Part shown: one piece after another, positions 12,168 to 21,068 of the stretch | Layout of the letters: each line of letters starts with the position of its first letter | Numbering within the stretch: the stretch's first letter is position 1 | NCBI GenBank assembly: GCA_025929365.1 | Contig: JAICMG010000004.1 | Location: forward strand, 1-63,062 | DNA from: Frankiaceae bacterium | Lineage (GTDB): Bacteria > Actinomycetota > Actinomycetes > JAFAQI01 | DNA: 63,062 bases | Direction: 5' to 3' | Notes under the pieces: generated by a model | The model's input: the letters and a program-made list of their open reading frames with translations, nothing else | Told to the model about the DNA's origin: nothing | Databases searched by the model: none | Position numbers and translations under genes: made by a program

Positions 12168-12520
12168 CAGCAGACTCCGCGGTAGTGCTGCAGCTGCGTG
12201 CGACCGTTGCGCGGCATGACGATGCTGATCACGTCGAATCGAACGGACCGCGACGTCGGGTTCTCCCGCAGCCAGCGCCACGCGAGCTCACGTAGCTTGT
12301 CGGCCTTGCGCCAGGTCACGGCCTCTGCGGGCAGGCCGTAGTCGGTGGACGTTCTCGTCTTGACCTCGACGACGACAAGGTCGGCGCCGTCGAGGGCGAT
12401 GACGTCGAGCTCGCCGGCGTCACACCGCCAGTTTCGGTCCACGATCTGGAAGCCGGCGCCAATCAGGTGCCGTACGGCGAAGTCCTCGCCGTCCTTTCCG
12501 AGCTGATCCTTTGCACGCAT
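12167..12520 (-). CDS. yraN: YraN family (UPF0102) endonuclease-like protein
   Basis: 117 aa; GEDFAVRHLIGAGFQIVDRNWRC..GELDVIA...VVEVKTR. Confidence 0.8.
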   Translation of the reverse strand: MRAKDQLGKDGEDFAVRHLIGAGFQIVDRNWRCDAGELDVIALDGADLVVVEVKTRTSTDYGLPAEAVTWRKADKLRELAWRWLRENPTSRSVRFDVISIVMPRNGRTQLQHYRGVC

Positions 12521-12609
12521 GCGACGACCGTGCGTGCGGCCGGTGACTCATAGCGTGGTCGCGGAGGCACCCTGTGGGCGAAGGTCACGCGGGGTCCGGC
12601 TGTGGGCGC

Positions 12610-12930
12610 CTAGCGCTCCTCGGGAAGCTCCAGGTCCGAAGCCGGGAGCTCTTCGACGTTGACGTCCTTGAAGGTCAGGACCCGAACGTTCTTCACGAAC
12701 CGTGCCGGGCGATACATGTCCCAGACCCACGCATCGTGCATCACCGCTTCGAAGTAGGTCTCACCGCCCTCGGCGTGCTGGATCACCTGGACGTCGTTCG
12801 TGAGGTAGAACCGCCGTTCCGTCTCCACGACGTAGCTGAACAGCCGTACGACGTCGCGATACTCCTTGTAGAGCTGCAGCTCCATCTCGGTCTCGTACTT
12901 CTCGAGATCCTCGGCGCTCACGAGACCCAT
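12610..12930 (-). CDS. DUF2469 family protein (actinobacterial conserved)
   Basis: [24 protein letters not shown] is the hallmark N-terminus. An alternative GTG start at 12921 overlaps the rnhB stop (GTGA). Confidence 0.8.
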   Translation of the reverse strand: MGLVSAEDLEKYETEMELQLYKEYRDVVRLFSYVVETERRFYLTNDVQVIQHAEGGETYFEAVMHDAWVWDMYRPARFVKNVRVLTFKDVNVEELPASDLELPEER

Positions 12931-13625
12931 TCTTCATCATCGACAACGAGGTCGTCGTCATCATCGACGGCGGCTTCGGCGTTCCTCACGTTCACGTAGG
13001 AGCGGCGGTGCTCGGGGCACGGCCCGTGCGCCGCAAGCGCACTCTGATGCTCCGCTGTCACGTACCCCTTGTGACGGGCGAAGTCGTACGCGGGCCACGT
13101 GTCGTGCATCGCGACCATCATCCGGTCCCGCGTGACCTTGGCCAGCACGGATGCCGCCGCAATGCAAGCGGCGACGCGGTCCCCCTTCCACACCGCGAGA
13201 CCGGGAACGTCGAGTCCCGGCACCGCGAAGCCGTCGGTCAGCACATAACCCGGGCGCAGCGACAACGACGCGAGGGCGCGCCGCATGCCCATGACGTTGC
13301 TGACGTGCAGGCCGATCCGGTCGACATCGGCCGCCGGAATGACGACGACGGCGTAGGCGGCGGCGCGACGGACGACCTGCGTGTAGACGCGTTCGCGGGC
13401 GAGCGGAGTGAGCAGCTTCGAGTCCGCAAGACCGGGAACCTCGCCGCGCTTGCCAGGACGCAGGACCGCTGCAGCCACGACGAGCGGTCCGGCGCAGGCG
13501 CCTCGGCCGGCCTCGTCGACGCCGGCTACCGGCGTCAGGCCTCGCCGCTCCAAGGCCCGCTCGTAGCCGTAGATACCAGCGTCACGGAACCAGGGAGCAG
13601 AGGTTCGCACCGCCGACAGAGCCAT
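12918..13625 (-). CDS. rnhB: Ribonuclease HII
   Basis: 235 aa with active-site block [20 protein letters not shown]. Confidence 0.9.
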   Translation of the reverse strand: MALSAVRTSAPWFRDAGIYGYERALERRGLTPVAGVDEAGRGACAGPLVVAAAVLRPGKRGEVPGLADSKLLTPLARERVYTQVVRRAAAYAVVVIPAADVDRIGLHVSNVMGMRRALASLSLRPGYVLTDGFAVPGLDVPGLAVWKGDRVAACIAAASVLAKVTRDRMMVAMHDTWPAYDFARHKGYVTAEHQSALAAHGPCPEHRRSYVNVRNAEAAVDDDDDLVVDDEEWVS

Positions 13626-13652
13626 CGACCGCGAGCGTATGCCGAGGAACGC

Positions 13653-14597
13653 TCAGCGTGCAGGACGGCTGCGCCGCTTGCGGCGCCTCGACCGCACGAT
13701 GCCGATGGGTGCGACGACCGCCGCGCCCGCGACCAGGGGAGCGCCGGGACTTCCGGCCGCCGCCAGACCGACCTGCTTGAAGGTCGACGGGACCGGAAGT
13801 GTCTTCCAGTCCGAAATCGGCCAGATCACGACGAATGCGCGGCCGATCACGTCCTTGACCGGAACGAAGCCGTTGACTCGGGAGTCGTCCGAGTCGTCAC
13901 GGTGGTCGCCCATCACGAACAGCTCACCCTTGGGCACCGTCTGGGTCTTGTTGTTGAAGCTGCTGCCGGGGCCCTCGCAGGGATGCGAGCCGGGATAGAG
14001 GTACGACTCGTGCAGAACGCGCCCGTTGACGTAGAGAACGTCGTGCTTGCACGAGACGGTGTCGCCGCCGACACCGATGACCCGCTTGATGAAGTCGCTG
14101 CCACTCGACGGCGCGATCCCGATCGCCGAGCCGACGTTGTGGAAGAACCGCACCACCGGGTTGCTCGGCGCCGTGAACGGGTTCTCCTTCGGCCACCCGG
14201 GCGGGCCTTTGAAGACGACGATCTCGCCGCGATGCGGAGAGCGGAAGTCGTACACGAGCTTGTTGACCAGTACGCGGTCGTACGGATGCTTGCCCGTGGC
14301 GGCCGAACCCAGGAAGGCGCCGCCGCCCTGCAGCGTGTTCTCCATCGATGCCGATGGGATGTAGAAGGCCTGCACCAGGAAGGTCTTGATGAGCAGCGCC
14401 AGCACGAGCGCGATGAGGACGAGAAACGGGAGCTCGCGCCAGAACGATCCGCGATGGGACTCGGGGGGCTTCGGTCCGTCTTCCGCGCGGGCGGTCTCCG
14501 AAGCCTCGCCGGGCGCCGAAGGATCCGGGGTGGCGACGGGCTCCGGGCTGGCTACGGGCTCCTGGAGGGCGTCCGCGTCGGTGGCGGGATCAGTCAC
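13653..14597 (-). CDS. lepB: Signal peptidase I
   Basis: IPSASMENTL (Ser), DFIKRVIGVGGD (Lys) and GDHRDDSDDSR boxes. The ORF track start at 14675 overlaps rplS by 62 nt. The in-frame GTG 14597 lies 17 nt after the rplS stop and is preferred. Confidence 0.82.
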   Translation of the reverse strand: MTDPATDADALQEPVASPEPVATPDPSAPGEASETARAEDGPKPPESHRGSFWRELPFLVLIALVLALLIKTFLVQAFYIPSASMENTLQGGGAFLGSAATGKHPYDRVLVNKLVYDFRSPHRGEIVVFKGPPGWPKENPFTAPSNPVVRFFHNVGSAIGIAPSSGSDFIKRVIGVGGDTVSCKHDVLYVNGRVLHESYLYPGSHPCEGPGSSFNNKTQTVPKGELFVMGDHRDDSDDSRVNGFVPVKDVIGRAFVVIWPISDWKTLPVPSTFKQVGLAAAGSPGAPLVAGAAVVAPIGIVRSRRRKRRSRPAR

Positions 14598-14613
14598 GGG
14601 GTCGGGGCGGCGA

Positions 14614-14973
14614 TCAGCTCGCCGGCGTGGCGTCGCGGCGCTCCTTGATCTTGGCCTTCTTGCCGCGAAGCTCACGCAGGTAGTACAGCTTCGCCCGCCG
14701 GACGTCGCCGCGAGTCACCACTTCGAGGTGGTCGATGATCGGCGAGTGGACCGGGAAGGTTCGCTCGACGCCCACGCCGAAGCTCACCTTGCGGACCGTG
14801 AAGGTCTCGCGTACGCCGCCGCCGTGGCGGCGGATGACCACACCCTGGAACACCTGCACGCGGGTGCGATTGCCCTCGACGACCCGCACGTGGACCTTGA
14901 CCGTGTCCCCGGGCCGGAAGACCGGAACGTCGCTGCGCAAGGAGGCGGCGTCGATCGCATCAAGCGTCTGCAT
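14614..14973 (-). CDS. rplS: 50S ribosomal protein L19
   Basis: [50 protein letters not shown] trimmed to ATG 14973. Confidence 0.93.
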   Translation of the reverse strand: MQTLDAIDAASLRSDVPVFRPGDTVKVHVRVVEGNRTRVQVFQGVVIRRHGGGVRETFTVRKVSFGVGVERTFPVHSPIIDHLEVVTRGDVRRAKLYYLRELRGKKAKIKERRDATPAS

Positions 14974-15046
14974 GGTGGTCTGATCCTCGTTCGGGGCACG
15001 CGCACACAACGGCGCGGTCGGTCATGCGGTCTGTCCACTGTACCCG

Positions 15047-15742
15047 TTACGGCAGGAGGTCGGGCCGCCGCTCACGCGTGAGGCGCTCGGACTCGGCCTC
15101 GCGCCACCTGGCGACCGCCTTGTGGTCTCCCGAGCGCAGCACCTCAGGGACGTCCAGCCCCCGCCAGCTCGCAGGCCTGGTGTACGCCGGCGCCTCCAGC
15201 CGTCCGGCGGAGAACGAGTCGTCGAGCGGGGACTCCGGGTTACCCATGAATCCGGGGAGCAGGCGAACGACCGCTTCCACGAGCACCAGTGCCGCCGCCT
15301 CCCCGCCGGCGAGCACGTAGTCGCCGATCGAGACCTCCGCGACCTCCATTCGGGTAGCCGCGTCCGCGGCGACCCGCGCATCGATCCCTTCATAGCGGCC
15401 GCAGCCGATGATCAGCCAGGACCGGTGCGACCAGTCCGTGGCCATGGGCTGCGTGAAGGGCCTGCCCGCCGGCGTCGGCAGCACCAACAGTGGCGAGGCT
15501 CCCGGTGCGGGTGGGTGGGTGAGCAAGGCGTCGAGCGCCCTGCCCCACGGCTCGGGACGCATCAGCATGCCGGGTCCGCCGCCGTACGGAGCGTCGTCGA
15601 CCGTGCGGTGCACGTCGTCCGTGTGATCGCGCAGGTCGTGGACGCGAACGTCGATGTCGCCGCGATCGTGCGCCTTGCCGAGGAGTGACACCGACAGCGG
15701 CCCGAAGTAGTCCGGGAAGATCGTGACGATGTCGATTCGCAT
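15047..15742 (-). CDS. trmD: tRNA (guanine37-N1)-methyltransferase
   Basis: 231 aa; MRIDIVTIFPDYF, GCGRYEGIDARV, SIGDYVLAGGE. Confidence 0.93.
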   Translation of the reverse strand: MRIDIVTIFPDYFGPLSVSLLGKAHDRGDIDVRVHDLRDHTDDVHRTVDDAPYGGGPGMLMRPEPWGRALDALLTHPPAPGASPLLVLPTPAGRPFTQPMATDWSHRSWLIIGCGRYEGIDARVAADAATRMEVAEVSIGDYVLAGGEAAALVLVEAVVRLLPGFMGNPESPLDDSFSAGRLEAPAYTRPASWRGLDVPEVLRSGDHKAVARWREAESERLTRERRPDLLP

Positions 15743-16257
15743 CAGGCTCTGCCCAGGTCGAGCAGACCGTCCGGGGGGTCGATCGTCAGCCGTCCGGCGG
15801 CCAGGTCGACCGCCGGCACGAGCTCGGTCACGAAGGGAACGAGCGCCTCTCCGGCATCGCCCCGATCGATGACCAGCACGGCAGGCCCCGGCGGGTGGAG
15901 GACGTCGCTGATGGTGCCGATGTCCGCGCCGGTCGCGTCCACGACGCTCAGCCCGACCAGGTCGTGGTCCCAGTAGTCATCCTCGCCGCCCGCTCGGCTC
16001 GTCTGCGAATCCGCGACGAGCAGCGTGCCCTGCAACGCCTCGGCAGCATTTCGGTCAGCCACCCCCTCGAAGCGAATCAAGAGCCGGCCCGAGTGCCAGC
16101 GAACGGCCGCGATGGTCAGCGGGCCCTTCTCCGGCGGATCGGTGTCGAGCGATGCACCGTGCGCGTAACGGTGGTCCGGGTCGTCGGTGCGTACGTCGAC
16201 GGCAACCTCGCCGGCGATGCCGTGGGCTTTGGCGATCCGGCCGACTACGAGCTGCAT
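15742..16257 (-). CDS. rimM: 16S rRNA processing protein RimM
   Basis: 171 aa; VVGRIAKAHGIAGEV with a C-terminal PRC barrel. Standard rpsP-KH-rimM-trmD order. Confidence 0.9.
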   Translation of the reverse strand: MQLVVGRIAKAHGIAGEVAVDVRTDDPDHRYAHGASLDTDPPEKGPLTIAAVRWHSGRLLIRFEGVADRNAAEALQGTLLVADSQTSRAGGEDDYWDHDLVGLSVVDATGADIGTISDVLHPPGPAVLVIDRGDAGEALVPFVTELVPAVDLAAGRLTIDPPDGLLDLGRA

Positions 16258-16275
16258 GGAGTCGGTGGCGAGCCG

Positions 16276-16500
16276 TTAGTCGACGAGGTCGACGCGGATG
16301 CCCTTGCCGCCGATCGCGGTCATGACCGCACGCAGCGCTTTTGCGGTGCGCCCGGCGCGGCCGATCACCTTGCCGAGGTCGTCAGGGTGAACCCGCACCT
16401 CGAGCACCTTGCCGGAGCGGCGCTCGCGCAGGTCGACGTGCACGTCGTCGGGGTGGTCGACGATCCCCCGGACGAGGTGGTCGAGCGCCTCGGTGAGCAT
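16276..16500 (-). CDS. KH-domain RNA-binding protein (YlqC/UPF0109)
   Basis: 74 aa with the KH GXXG motif in VIGRAGRTAKALRAV. Confidence 0.85.
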   Translation of the reverse strand: MLTEALDHLVRGIVDHPDDVHVDLRERRSGKVLEVRVHPDDLGKVIGRAGRTAKALRAVMTAIGGKGIRVDLVD

Positions 16501-16503
16501 GCG

Positions 16504-17088
16504 CTACTCGGCAGCCGGCTCGTCGGGCGTTTCTGCCGCCGGGGCTTCCTCGGCAGCGGCCTCAGCCGCCGGGGCTTCCTCGGCAGCGGCCTCTGCCGCC
16601 GGGGCTTCCTCGGCAGCGGCCTCAGCCGCCGGGGCCTCTTCGGCGGCCGGGGCCTCGTCGGCGGCCGGGGCCTCCGCGGCCGGGGCCTCCTCCGCAGCCT
16701 TCTTGGCCGGGGCCTTCTTGGCGGTCTTCTTCGCCGGGGCGTCGGTGAGAGTCTCCTTGGCGGCGGCCTCGAATGCGGCCTTGCGGTCCGGGCGAGCGGC
16801 GGCCGTCCTCACGCCCTCGGTCGGTGCCGGCTGTCCCTTGTGCGCCTGCCAGTCGCCGGTCAGCTTGAGGATCGCGGCGACCGGCTCGGTCGGCTGAGCA
16901 CCGACGGACAGCCAGTAGCGCGCCCGGTCCGAGTCGACCTCGATGAGCGACGGGTCGGACTTCGGGTGGTACTTCCCGATCGTCTCGATCACCCGCCCGT
17001 CACGCTTCGTGCGCGAGTCCGCGACGACGATGCGGTAGTACGGGGCGCGGATCTTGCCGAGCCGCATGAGTCGGATCTTGGTTGCCAC
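16504..17088 (-). CDS. rpsP: 30S ribosomal protein S16 with a long Ala/Glu/Pro-rich C-terminal extension
   Basis: GTG 17088 gives [32 protein letters not shown], preceded by GGAGAG. The upstream part of ORF 16504..17538 is non-coding read-through. Confidence 0.9.
   Translation of the reverse strand: MATKIRLMRLGKIRAPYYRIVVADSRTKRDGRVIETIGKYHPKSDPSLIEVDSDRARYWLSVGAQPTEPVAAILKLTGDWQAHKGQPAPTEGVRTAAARPDRKAAFEAAAKETLTDAPAKKTAKKAPAKKAAEEAPAAEAPAADEAPAAEEAPAAEAAAEEAPAAEAAAEEAPAAEAAAEEAPAAETPDEPAAE
16533..16622. repeat. Three tandem copies of a 30-nt unit (gccgccggggcttcctcggcagcggcct core), followed by degenerate 15-nt repeats to about 16700
   Basis: Read directly in the sequence. It encodes the 10-aa repeat [10 protein letters not shown] in the S16 tail. 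Confidence 0.9.
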
Positions 17089-17165
17089 GAGGCGCTGCTC
17101 TCCAAAAACTGATGTCGCGGGATTTGCTGGTCGCGCGCACACGTTCGCCGCGCCGCCGGAGGAGT

Positions 17166-17525
17166 CTACCCGGACGGCAACGAGCCTGCTTTCCAGATGT
17201 CGCGCAGGGCCCACGGCATGATCACGAAGACCCAGATTCCCAGCCCTACGATCTCGAGCCCGCCCGAGACGATCGTCCCGATGACCAGCAGCGGCAACGG
17301 GATGAACAGCGCGATGGTGCAGAGCACGCGGCCGAGCGGCCCGAAGGTCGTGGGCGTCTTCTTCCACCGCGTGGAGACCATGGGGCGCGGACCGGCCGAC
17401 GCGGCCAGGATGTGGGTACCGGCCATGATCGAGCGCTCCCCGACCTGGGGCCCGGGGCCCGGCGCCGGGGCGGCCGCCGCGCGCGGCAGGTAGCACTGGG
17501 TGCACCATTCGGCGCTGGGGGCCAT
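17166..17525 (-). CDS. Small membrane protein (two TM segments); probably starts upstream at CTG 17576, which adds a zinc ribbon
   Basis: High GC3. TM stretch [39 protein letters not shown]. The in-frame upstream sequence encodes [20 protein letters not shown]. Confidence 0.6.
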   Translation of the reverse strand: MAPSAEWCTQCYLPRAAAAPAPGPGPQVGERSIMAGTHILAASAGPRPMVSTRWKKTPTTFGPLGRVLCTIALFIPLPLLVIGTIVSGGLEIVGLGIWVFVIMPWALRDIWKAGSLPSG

Positions 17526-17586
17526 CGCCGCGCCGCATCCGGCGCAGTGCTCCCCCAGCGGGAGATCCGCGCTCAGGTCTACCCCC

Positions 17587-19113
17587 TCAGTCCGCCCCCG
17601 GCAGCTTCAGGTTAGACAGATCGGGAGCCAATCCGGGAGGGAGCTTCATCCCTGGCGGCAGCCCGAGGCTCTGCTGCATTTCTGGCGGTAGTGCCGCCCC
17701 TGGAGCGATCGCACGAGCCGGACCGCGTCCCCGCTTCGAGCCGCTCTTCTTGCCCTTGCGCGACGACGACCGACGCGGGCCGGCGAGGCCGCCGGTCATC
17801 TGCTTCATCATCTTGCGGGCGTCGAAGAAGCGGTCGACGAGCCGGTTGACCTCCATGACGGTCGTCCCGGAGCCCTTCGCGATCCGCAGGCGCCGTGAGC
17901 CGTTGAGGATCTTCGGGTCGTGTCGCTCGGCGGGCGTCATCGAGCGAATGATCGCGGCGATCCGGTCGAGGTCGCGATCATCGATCTGCGCGATGGCCTC
18001 TTTCATCTGCCCCATGCCCGGCAGCATTCCCAGCAGGTTCCCGATCGGGCCCATGCGGCGGACCATCATCATCTGCTCGAGAAAGTCCTCGAGCGTGAGC
18101 TCGCCACCGCCGAGCATCTTCTCGGCCATGCGCTCGGCCTCGTCGGCCTCGAAGGTGCGCTCGGCGTGCTCGATCAACGTGAGCATGTCGCCCATGCCGA
18201 GGATTCGCGATGCCATCCGCTCGGGATGGAAGACATCGAAGTCGGCGAGCTTCTCGCCGGTCGACGCGAACATGATCGGTCGTCCGGTGACCTTCGCGAC
18301 CGACAGCGCGGCGCCGCCGCGGGCGTCGCCGTCGAGCTTCGTCAGTACGACGCCGGTGAAGCCGACGCCGTCCCGGAATGCCTCCGCGGTGGTGACGGCG
18401 TCCTGGCCGATCATCGCGTCGACGACGAACAGCGTCTCGTCCGGTGCGACCGCATCGCGAATCGCGACGGCTTGCGCCATCATCTCGGCGTCGATGCCGA
18501 GGCGCCCGGCGGTGTCGACGACGACGATGTCGTGACCCATGCGCCGCGCGTGCTCGATGGCGCTGCGCGCCACCGCGACCGGGTCCCCCACGCCGTCGCC
18601 GTCCGGGCGCGATCCGGTATTGCCGGGCTCGGGCGCGAACACATCCACTCCCGCCTGACCGCCAACGACCTTCAGCTGGTCGACGGCGTTGGGGCGCTGC
18701 AGGTCGGCGGCAACGAGCAGCGGTGCGTGGCGCTGCTGCTTGAGCCAGCGCGCAAGCTTGCCCGCGAGCGTGGTCTTGCCGGCACCTTGCAAGCCGGCAA
18801 GCAGCACGACGGTCGGCGCGGTCTTGGCATACGTCAACGGCCGGGTTTCACCGCCGAGGATCTCGACGAGCTCTTCATTGACGATCTTGATGACCTGCTG
18901 CGCCGGGTTGAGGGCTTGACTCACCGCTGCGCCGCGGGCGCGTTCCTTGATGGCGGCGATGAACTCCCGGACCACGGGCAGAGCGACATCGGCTTCGAGC
19001 AGGGCGATGCGGATCTCGCGCGCCGTCGCATCGATGTCGGCGTCGGAGAGCCGGCCCTTGCCGCGCAGCGAGGTGAAGACCGACTCGAGCCGGTCCGAAA
19101 GGGTGTCGAACAT
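17587..19113 (-). CDS. ffh: Signal recognition particle protein Ffh
   Basis: 508 aa with an NG domain (LAGLQGAGKTT, DTAGR) and a Met-rich M domain. Confidence 0.95.
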   Translation of the reverse strand: MFDTLSDRLESVFTSLRGKGRLSDADIDATAREIRIALLEADVALPVVREFIAAIKERARGAAVSQALNPAQQVIKIVNEELVEILGGETRPLTYAKTAPTVVLLAGLQGAGKTTLAGKLARWLKQQRHAPLLVAADLQRPNAVDQLKVVGGQAGVDVFAPEPGNTGSRPDGDGVGDPVAVARSAIEHARRMGHDIVVVDTAGRLGIDAEMMAQAVAIRDAVAPDETLFVVDAMIGQDAVTTAEAFRDGVGFTGVVLTKLDGDARGGAALSVAKVTGRPIMFASTGEKLADFDVFHPERMASRILGMGDMLTLIEHAERTFEADEAERMAEKMLGGGELTLEDFLEQMMMVRRMGPIGNLLGMLPGMGQMKEAIAQIDDRDLDRIAAIIRSMTPAERHDPKILNGSRRLRIAKGSGTTVMEVNRLVDRFFDARKMMKQMTGGLAGPRRSSSRKGKKSGSKRGRGPARAIAPGAALPPEMQQSLGLPPGMKLPPGLAPDLSNLKLPGAD

Positions 19114-19133
19114 CGCACCCTCAGGTTAGTTGT

Positions 19134-19216
19134 TCCTGCGCTTCGCGCAGATGTGAGCCGGGGCCGTTCTTCCTGCGCTTCGCGCAGATGTGAGCCGGGG
19201 CCCCAACCCCGGCTCA
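19134..19216. repeat. REP-like GC-rich palindromic element, with a partial tandem duplication (32-nt unit at 19134-19165 and 19171-19202)
   Basis: The unit tcctgcgcttcgcgcagatgtgagccggggcc occurs twice. It is followed by the hairpin tgagccgggg-ccccaa-ccccggctca (19191-19216). The same element recurs at 44231-44360. Confidence 0.8.
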
Positions 19217-19244
19217 GTCCGGCACGGACTAGCCAACCGGGCCG

Positions 19245-21038
19245 TTAAGCCGTGGCTGCCTCGGGTGGCGGGCTGACCTCGACGCCGGCGCCGTCGTAGA
19301 TCGACTCGACGAGCGCGCCGTAGCGGCCCAGCACGCCGCGCCGCTTCAGCTTCATGGTCGGCGTCAGGACATCGGTGTCCGGGAGCCACTCCTCGTCGAG
19401 CACGGCGATCCGGCGCGGCCGCTCGACTCGTGACAGCCGCTCGCTCGCAACCGCCACACCGTGGGCGATCTGGGCGACGATCTCGGGATCGCCCGCCACG
19501 TCCGCGATCGAACGGCCCGGAAAGCGAGTGGCCACCGCATCAGGATCGAGGGTCAGCAACGCCACCAGATACGGCTTCGCGTCACCGATCGCGATCGCCT
19601 GACCGACCAGCGGCACCGTCTTCAGAACGGCTTCGACGTTGGCCGGCGAGACGTTCTTGCCGCCGGCGGTGATGATCAGCTCCTTCTTGCGATCGACGAT
19701 CTTGAGGTACCCGTCGGCGTCGAACTCACCGATGTCACCGGTGTGCAGCCAACCGTCCGCGTCGAGCGCCTCCACGGTGCGCTCCGGGTCGTCGAGGTAG
19801 CCCGGAAAGACGATAGGTCCGCGGCAGAGCACCTCGCCGTCGTCGGCAGTGACGACCTCGGTGCCCGGATAGGCACGGCCGACCCTGCCGACCTTGACGA
19901 GGAACGGCTCCCACGTCATGCCGCCACAGTTCTCGCTCATGCCGTAGACCTCGCTCATCGGCAAGCCGATGTCGCGAAGGAAGTCGATCACCTCCGGCGG
20001 CACGGGTGCCGCGCCCGAGAACACGAACTCGGCCTCATCGAGGCCGATTGCCGCCCGGATCGGGGCGAAGACCATCGCGTCGACGAACTCCCAGTTCGCC
20101 GCAAGCTCGCCTGTCGGCTCCTCGCCGCGCGCGCGAAGCTGCTGTACCTCGCGGCCGATCCGCAGCGCGTCCTTGAACTGCTCTCGTGTCTCGGCATCGC
20201 GCGCCGCGACCTGCGCCTGCACGCCGGCGACGAGCTTCTCCCAGACCCGCGGCGGACCGAAGAACCCGCCCGGCCGCACCTCGACGAGGTACTTGGGCAG
20301 GTCGTTGAGGTCAGCCATCGGGACCACGGTGGAGCCACGAAGGATCGGGCTGTAGTGGGTGACCATCCGCTCCGCGATGTGCGCCATCGGGAGGTAGGAG
20401 ATCAGCCGCTGCCCCTCGTCCGTGTCACGGCCGATGTAGCTCGTGAACGCGGTCGAGGCGGCGATGACGTTGTTGTGGGTGAGCATCACGCCCTTGGGCG
20501 GCCCGGTTGTTCCCGAGGTGTAGATCACCGTCGCGAGCGAGCCCGCGTCGATGCCCGCCGCGGCCGTCGCGAGGTCGACGGGCTCACCGCTCGCGACCTG
20601 CTCCCAGCCGATCGTCCCCTGCGGCGGGTCGCCGAGCACCACGACCGAGCGCAACGTCGGGCAGTCACCGGCCGCGGCGAGGACCCGCTCGACGAAGTCG
20701 CCGCCTTCGACCAGGGCAACCGCTGCCTTGCAGTGGCTGAGGAGGTAGGCGATCTGCTCGGGCGAGGACGAGTTGTAGATCGAGATCGGCGTGGCTCCGA
20801 TTGCCATCACCGCGACGTCGGCGACGTGGAACTCGAGGCGGTTGCGCATCATCAGCACGACCCGGTCACCGGCGCCGACACCCAGAGCGGACAGCCCTCC
20901 GCCGAACCGAGCGGCGCGGTCGGCGTACTGCGACCACGTCATCTGCTCGCCGTGAAGCTCCCGAACCGCGACGTCGTCCGGCTGACGCTGGACGGTCCTG
21001 AGGAAGGCGTCAAGGACGTTGCGGGGTGCTTCACTCAT
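19245..21038 (-). CDS. AMP-dependent synthetase/ligase (long-chain fatty-acid-CoA ligase-like)
   Basis: AMP-binding motif IYTSGTTGPPKGVMLTH plus GWLHTGDIGEFDADGYLKIVDRKKELI. ORF trimmed to ATG 21038 (MSEAPRN). Confidence 0.85.
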   Translation of the reverse strand: MSEAPRNVLDAFLRTVQRQPDDVAVRELHGEQMTWSQYADRAARFGGGLSALGVGAGDRVVLMMRNRLEFHVADVAVMAIGATPISIYNSSSPEQIAYLLSHCKAAVALVEGGDFVERVLAAAGDCPTLRSVVVLGDPPQGTIGWEQVASGEPVDLATAAAGIDAGSLATVIYTSGTTGPPKGVMLTHNNVIAASTAFTSYIGRDTDEGQRLISYLPMAHIAERMVTHYSPILRGSTVVPMADLNDLPKYLVEVRPGGFFGPPRVWEKLVAGVQAQVAARDAETREQFKDALRIGREVQQLRARGEEPTGELAANWEFVDAMVFAPIRAAIGLDEAEFVFSGAAPVPPEVIDFLRDIGLPMSEVYGMSENCGGMTWEPFLVKVGRVGRAYPGTEVVTADDGEVLCRGPIVFPGYLDDPERTVEALDADGWLHTGDIGEFDADGYLKIVDRKKELIITAGGKNVSPANVEAVLKTVPLVGQAIAIGDAKPYLVALLTLDPDAVATRFPGRSIADVAGDPEIVAQIAHGVAVASERLSRVERPRRIAVLDEEWLPDTDVLTPTMKLKRRGVLGRYGALVESIYDGAGVEVSPPPEAATA

Positions 21039-21068
21039 GCGCGGAACCGTACGACGGAGGATGCGCTC

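Noticed and set aside
16531-16700. A CRISPR-like array of regularly spaced 30-nt repeats.
   Set aside because: The repeats are directly tandem with no spacers. They lie in frame inside the rpsP coding sequence and encode the Ala/Glu/Pro tail.
17089-17538. The long N-terminal extension of the S16 ORF (16504..17538).
   Set aside because: S16 homology begins at [11 protein letters not shown] (GTG 17088, with a Shine-Dalgarno sequence). The upstream part overlaps the separately supported membrane-protein gene in another frame.
19461-21068. The N-terminal 536 codons of a 714-aa plus-strand ORF, and similar very long ORFs at 13008..14648, 28645..30765, 36533..38599 and 9244..11043.
   Set aside because: They run antisense to, or out of frame with, well-supported conserved genes (fadD, lepB/rnhB, smc, recG, dprA). 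They have Arg/Ala/Pro-rich, low-complexity translations typical of spurious open frames in high-GC DNA.
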